NCBI GenBank assembly: GCA_001873115.1
Contig: MNYK01000025.1
Span: forward strand, 1-49,332
From: Desulfobacterales bacterium CG2_30_60_27
Lineage (GTDB): Bacteria > Desulfobacterota > Desulfobulbia > Desulfobulbales > CG2-30-60-27
Direction: 5' to 3'
Length of the DNA stretch: 49,332 nt
The position numbers were made by a program, and so were the translations under genes. The notes below the pieces were generated by a model. It was not told the DNA's origin. It saw only the letters and a program-made list of their open reading frames with translations, and made no database searches. Shown piece by piece: positions 47,594 through 49,332 of the stretch. Each line of letters starts with the position of its first letter. Within the stretch, counting starts at the first letter, position 1.

Positions 47594-49332
47594 ATGCATA
47601 CCTTTATCACCTTCCTCATGCGGCAACGCTGGTTCGTCATCGGTGCCACCCTGCTGCTGTGCATTGCCGGCTGGGTCGGCTGGACGCGGTTGCCGATCGA
47701 CGCCTTTCCCGACGTCACCAACGTCCAGGTCATGGTTCTGACCGAGGCCGCCGGACTCTCCGCAGCCGACATCGAACAACAGGTTACCTACCCAATTGAA
47801 CAACAGATGGGTGGCGTGCCCCGGGTAACCCAGGTCCGCTCGCTTTCCAAGGCCGGCCTCTCGCAGGTGATCGTGGTCTTTGATGACGACACCGACATCT
47901 ACTTCGCGCGGCAGCAGGTCTTCGAACGCCTGCAAGGGGCCAAGGAGCATCTGCCGTCCGGTGTGGAGCCGGGACTGGGACCGATCAGCACTGGCCTGGG
48001 CGAGATCTTTCAGTACACCCTCGAGAGCGCCACGCTCTCGCCCATGGAACTGCGGGGCATCCAGGACTTTCTGGTGGCGCCGCAGTTGCGGCCGATCCCG
48101 GGGGTGAACGAGGTCAACAGCTTCGGCGGCTTCGTCAAGCAGTACCACGTGCTGGTGCGACCCGATGCCTTGCTCAAGTACAACCTCGGCCTGCGGGACA
48201 TCGTGGAGGCCCTGGAGAAGAACAACGCCAATGCCGCCGGCGGTTTCATCGTGCGCGGCTGGGAGCAGACCTATATCCGCGGCCTCGGGCAGATCACCGG
48301 CATTGATGACATCAGCGAAGTCGTCCTCAAGGTCGCCGATGGGACGCCGGTGCATGTCCACGACGTTGCCGAGGTCGTCGTCGGCCCGCAATCCCGCCAG
48401 GGCGCGGTCTCCCGCGACGGCAAAGGCGAAGTGGTGGCCGGCATGGTGATCATGCTGCGGGGGGCGAACTCCAAGGACGTGGTAAACAGCGTCAAGGAGA
48501 CCGTACCCAGGATCCAGAAAAGCCTGCCACCTGGTGTCTCCCTCAATGTCTTCTACGACCGCACCACGCTCATCGAAGCCTGCATCGACACCGTGGTCAA
48601 GGCCCTGCTTGAGGGCGGCATCTTCGTGGTTCTGATCCTCTTCCTCTTTATTGCCGAGATGCGCTCGGCGCTTATCGTCCTCGCCTCACTGCCGATCACC
48701 TTCCTCATCACCTTCCTGATCATGGGCCGCACCGGGATCTCCTCCAACCTGATGAGCCTGGGCGGACTGGCCTTCTCGGTCGGCATCGTGGTGGACGCCT
48801 CAATCGTCATCGTCGAGAACGTGCGCCGCCACTTCAGCGCACGCAGCAACCCAGGGCTGCGGCGGCACATCGCCATCGAGGCGGTAAGCGAGGTGGCCCG
48901 TCCCGTGGCCTTCTCAGTGCTGATCATCATCATCGTCATGATCCCCCTCTTCTCCCTGCAGGGAATCGAGGGCAAGATGTTCGCCCCGCTGGCGGCGACC
49001 ATGATCATCGCCATCCTCGTCTCGCTCATCACCGCACTGACCTTCGTGCCGGTAACCGCGGAATGGCTGTTGCAACAGGCCCCGGAGAAAGAGTTCCGTA
49101 TCGTCAAAGGTTTTCACCATGGCTACCTTGCCCTGCTCGATAGCGCCCGCAAATTTCGCTGGGTGACGCTCGCCCTTTCAGCCGTCATCCTCGTCGTCTC
49201 GGGCTTTGCCGCCACCCGGATCGGCACCGAGTTCATCCCCAACCTGGATGAAGGCGCGATCGCGATCAACGTGGTGCGGCTGCCCAACGCCTCGCTCGAT
49301 GGCTCGGTCACAGTCAGCAGCTTCATGGAGCG
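47594..49332 (+). CDS. CzcA/CusA-family heavy-metal RND permease (runs off window)
   Basis: Own translation from ATG 47594: LPIDAFPDVTNVQV, GPISTGLGEIFQY, NLMSLGGL, GIEGKMFAP, GTEFIPNLDEG. Confidence 0.92.
   Translation, partial: MHTFITFLMRQRWFVIGATLLLCIAGWVGWTRLPIDAFPDVTNVQVMVLTEAAGLSAADIEQQVTYPIEQQMGGVPRVTQVRSLSKAGLSQVIVVFDDDTDIYFARQQVFERLQGAKEHLPSGVEPGLGPISTGLGEIFQYTLESATLSPMELRGIQDFLVAPQLRPIPGVNEVNSFGGFVKQYHVLVRPDALLKYNLGLRDIVEALEKNNANAAGGFIVRGWEQTYIRGLGQITGIDDISEVVLKVADGTPVHVHDVAEVVVGPQSRQGAVSRDGKGEVVAGMVIMLRGANSKDVVNSVKETVPRIQKSLPPGVSLNVFYDRTTLIEACIDTVVKALLEGGIFVVLILFLFIAEMRSALIVLASLPITFLITFLIMGRTGISSNLMSLGGLAFSVGIVVDASIVIVENVRRHFSARSNPGLRRHIAIEAVSEVARPVAFSVLIIIIVMIPLFSLQGIEGKMFAPLAATMIIAILVSLITALTFVPVTAEWLLQQAPEKEFRIVKGFHHGYLALLDSARKFRWVTLALSAVILVVSGFAATRIGTEFIPNLDEGAIAINVVRLPNASLDGSVTVSSFME

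Noticed and set aside
1-49332. CRISPR array, tRNA or rRNA genes
   Set aside because: No repeat-spacer periodicity or RNA gene signatures noticed; no covariance scan was run

Overview
GC-rich bacterial chromosomal window; gene content and style suggest Desulfobacterota (Desulfobulbales-like), which is an inference. In order: L-Ara4N lipid A modification operon (arnB-C-A-D-T plus one SMR flippase) with a coupled two-component system; 10-heme cytochrome c with no visible signal peptide; DUF3108 protein; WYL regulator divergent from a 78-aa ORF with an FtsZ C-terminal-peptide-like motif; ~940-codon lipoprotein split by one in-frame TAG; arfB, ppnP, VanZ; ABC exporter; VapC remnant; two AAA+/DUF4143 ATPases; patatin-like protein; rpsU-xerD; a toxin-antitoxin islet inserted at a duplicated 5' end of the tRNA nucleotidyltransferase gene; site-2 protease; pstSCAB-phoU; PilZ protein; sigma-54 activator divergent from a sigma-54 promoter and speD-like gene; GH17-GT2 glucan synthase; and a czcCBA-like RND system cut by the window edge. 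Non-coding highlights are three copies of a 195-bp MITE-like element and a second ~150-bp element, both showing CsrA-type GGA motifs in hairpin loops. Best candidate for an undescribed system: the WYL regulator / palindromic operator / FtsZ-tail-mimic module (hypothetical damage-inducible division inhibitor). All calls come from motif recognition by eye; no searches were run.
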